This document shows positions 63,441 to 64,000 of a DNA stretch of 64,000 bases, piece after piece. The stretch covers positions 21,390,001-21,454,000 of the forward strand of contig NC_043009.1 in the NCBI RefSeq assembly GCF_006345805.1. Direction: 5' to 3'. The notes under the pieces are model-generated. The model was not told the DNA's origin. It saw nothing but the letters and a program-made list of their open reading frames with translations, and did not search any database. The stretch's first letter is position 1. Each line of letters begins with the position of its first letter. Position numbers and translations under genes: made by a program. Source of the stretch: Octopus sinensis (Eukaryota).

Positions 63441-63539
63441 ATTGACAGCAATTTCTTCCTAAATTGTGGAACATTAATTAGGATTTCTAAAAGTACTGCT
63501 AACAAATTTGTGTGCACTGTTTACAAACCAATCCAGTAA
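63441..63539 (+). CDS. DCAF17: DCAF17 terminal coding exon: IDSNFFLNCGTLIRISKSTANKFVCTVYKPIQ*
   Basis: polyT-ctgtgtttcag acceptor, phase 0, TAA at 63537-63539; resembles human YFDRDLVLHIEQKPNRVFSCYVY. Confidence 0.82.
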   Translation: MDSNFFLNCGTLIRISKSTANKFVCTVYKPIQ

Positions 63540-63575
63540 AATGTATATAAATGAAGAAACCTAAGACAGTAATAC

Positions 63576-63581
63576 AATAAA
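63576..63581 (+). promoter_or_regulatory. Possible polyadenylation signal AATAAA
   Basis: Hexamer 36 nt after the DCAF17 stop; in AT-rich context it could be chance. Confidence 0.3.
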
Positions 63582-64000
63582 CATGATAATGATTCAGGTA
63601 ACTTGTGAACTTACTGAAGTACAAAGAAGCAGTCTAAAAAGTATTAGAACTTTAAAGATGATTGAACTTGAAAATGCATCATTTCATGTTAATGATTCTT
63701 AGAGAAATTGTTATGCAAACCAGACCCATATCGACAATAATTGATAGATCAGTTGGACAGTTGATACACGGCCATGTAAGCTACATATGTTATATACCAG
63801 TATCGTGTTATATTTCTGGTCAGACGACTGAACTAAACTAGTATATTTTCACTCATTGGCATGCAGTCACTTACAGACACACTCCAGTTTCTAGCCCACA
63901 AGTAGCTGTCTCCTCAAGTGATGGAACAGAGAATTTAACAAGATAATGGTACTGCTGAATATTACTGGAGCCTTCGGAACAGCGTAAAAAGAAATATGAG

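Larger units (their letters stand above)
15520..63539 (+). other. DCAF17: DCAF17 gene body (10 coding exons in window; 5' exons not found, probably upstream of the window)
   Basis: Ten GT-AG exons (70,90,108,100,134,113,88,69,174,99 nt; total 1045 nt = 1 nt + 348 codons including the stop) join with compatible phases into one ORF. Motifs EWDDPQ, HGLPFNIKI, QFGGFPFHM, FHPD, VTRSGR and YDSELD parallel recalled human DCAF17 SWDTPQ, FGIPCNIKI, QIGGHPWHY, FHPD, VTASGR and YEDELD. Confidence 0.9.

Overview
Eukaryotic, AT-rich, repeat-dense genomic DNA. The repeat landscape (RTE LINEs with (ATG)n tails, tRNA-headed SINEs, TA/CA/CATA microsatellites) suggests an octopus-like coleoid cephalopod; this is an inference. 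The host gene is DCAF17 on the + strand. Ten small GT-AG exons (15520-63539) splice into one open frame of about 347 aa ending in TAA, and they match the C-terminal two thirds of human DCAF17 as I recall it. The 5' exons were not found and probably lie left of the window. The introns are filled with transposable elements: one full-length but disabled RTE plus about eight RTE fragments, four mariners (two nested in other repeats), Helitrons, a hAT MITE, a decayed Gypsy, a solo LTR, Copia, R4/Dong-like, pogo-like and Tc1-like relics, SINEs, and Penelope-like remnants. The most interesting observations are: (1) a minimal type I hammerhead ribozyme with a swapped G3-C8 core pair and intact helices (18918-18968, - strand), inside a fold-back; (2) a second minimal hammerhead core with a palindromic stem III (13681-13742, - strand); (3) a duplicated DCAF17 splice acceptor fused to an inverted fragment, creating a candidate poison micro-exon (26521); (4) a variable-copy hairpin module array in the RTE 3' UTR. 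All alignments, counts and folds were done by eye, and no database search was run.
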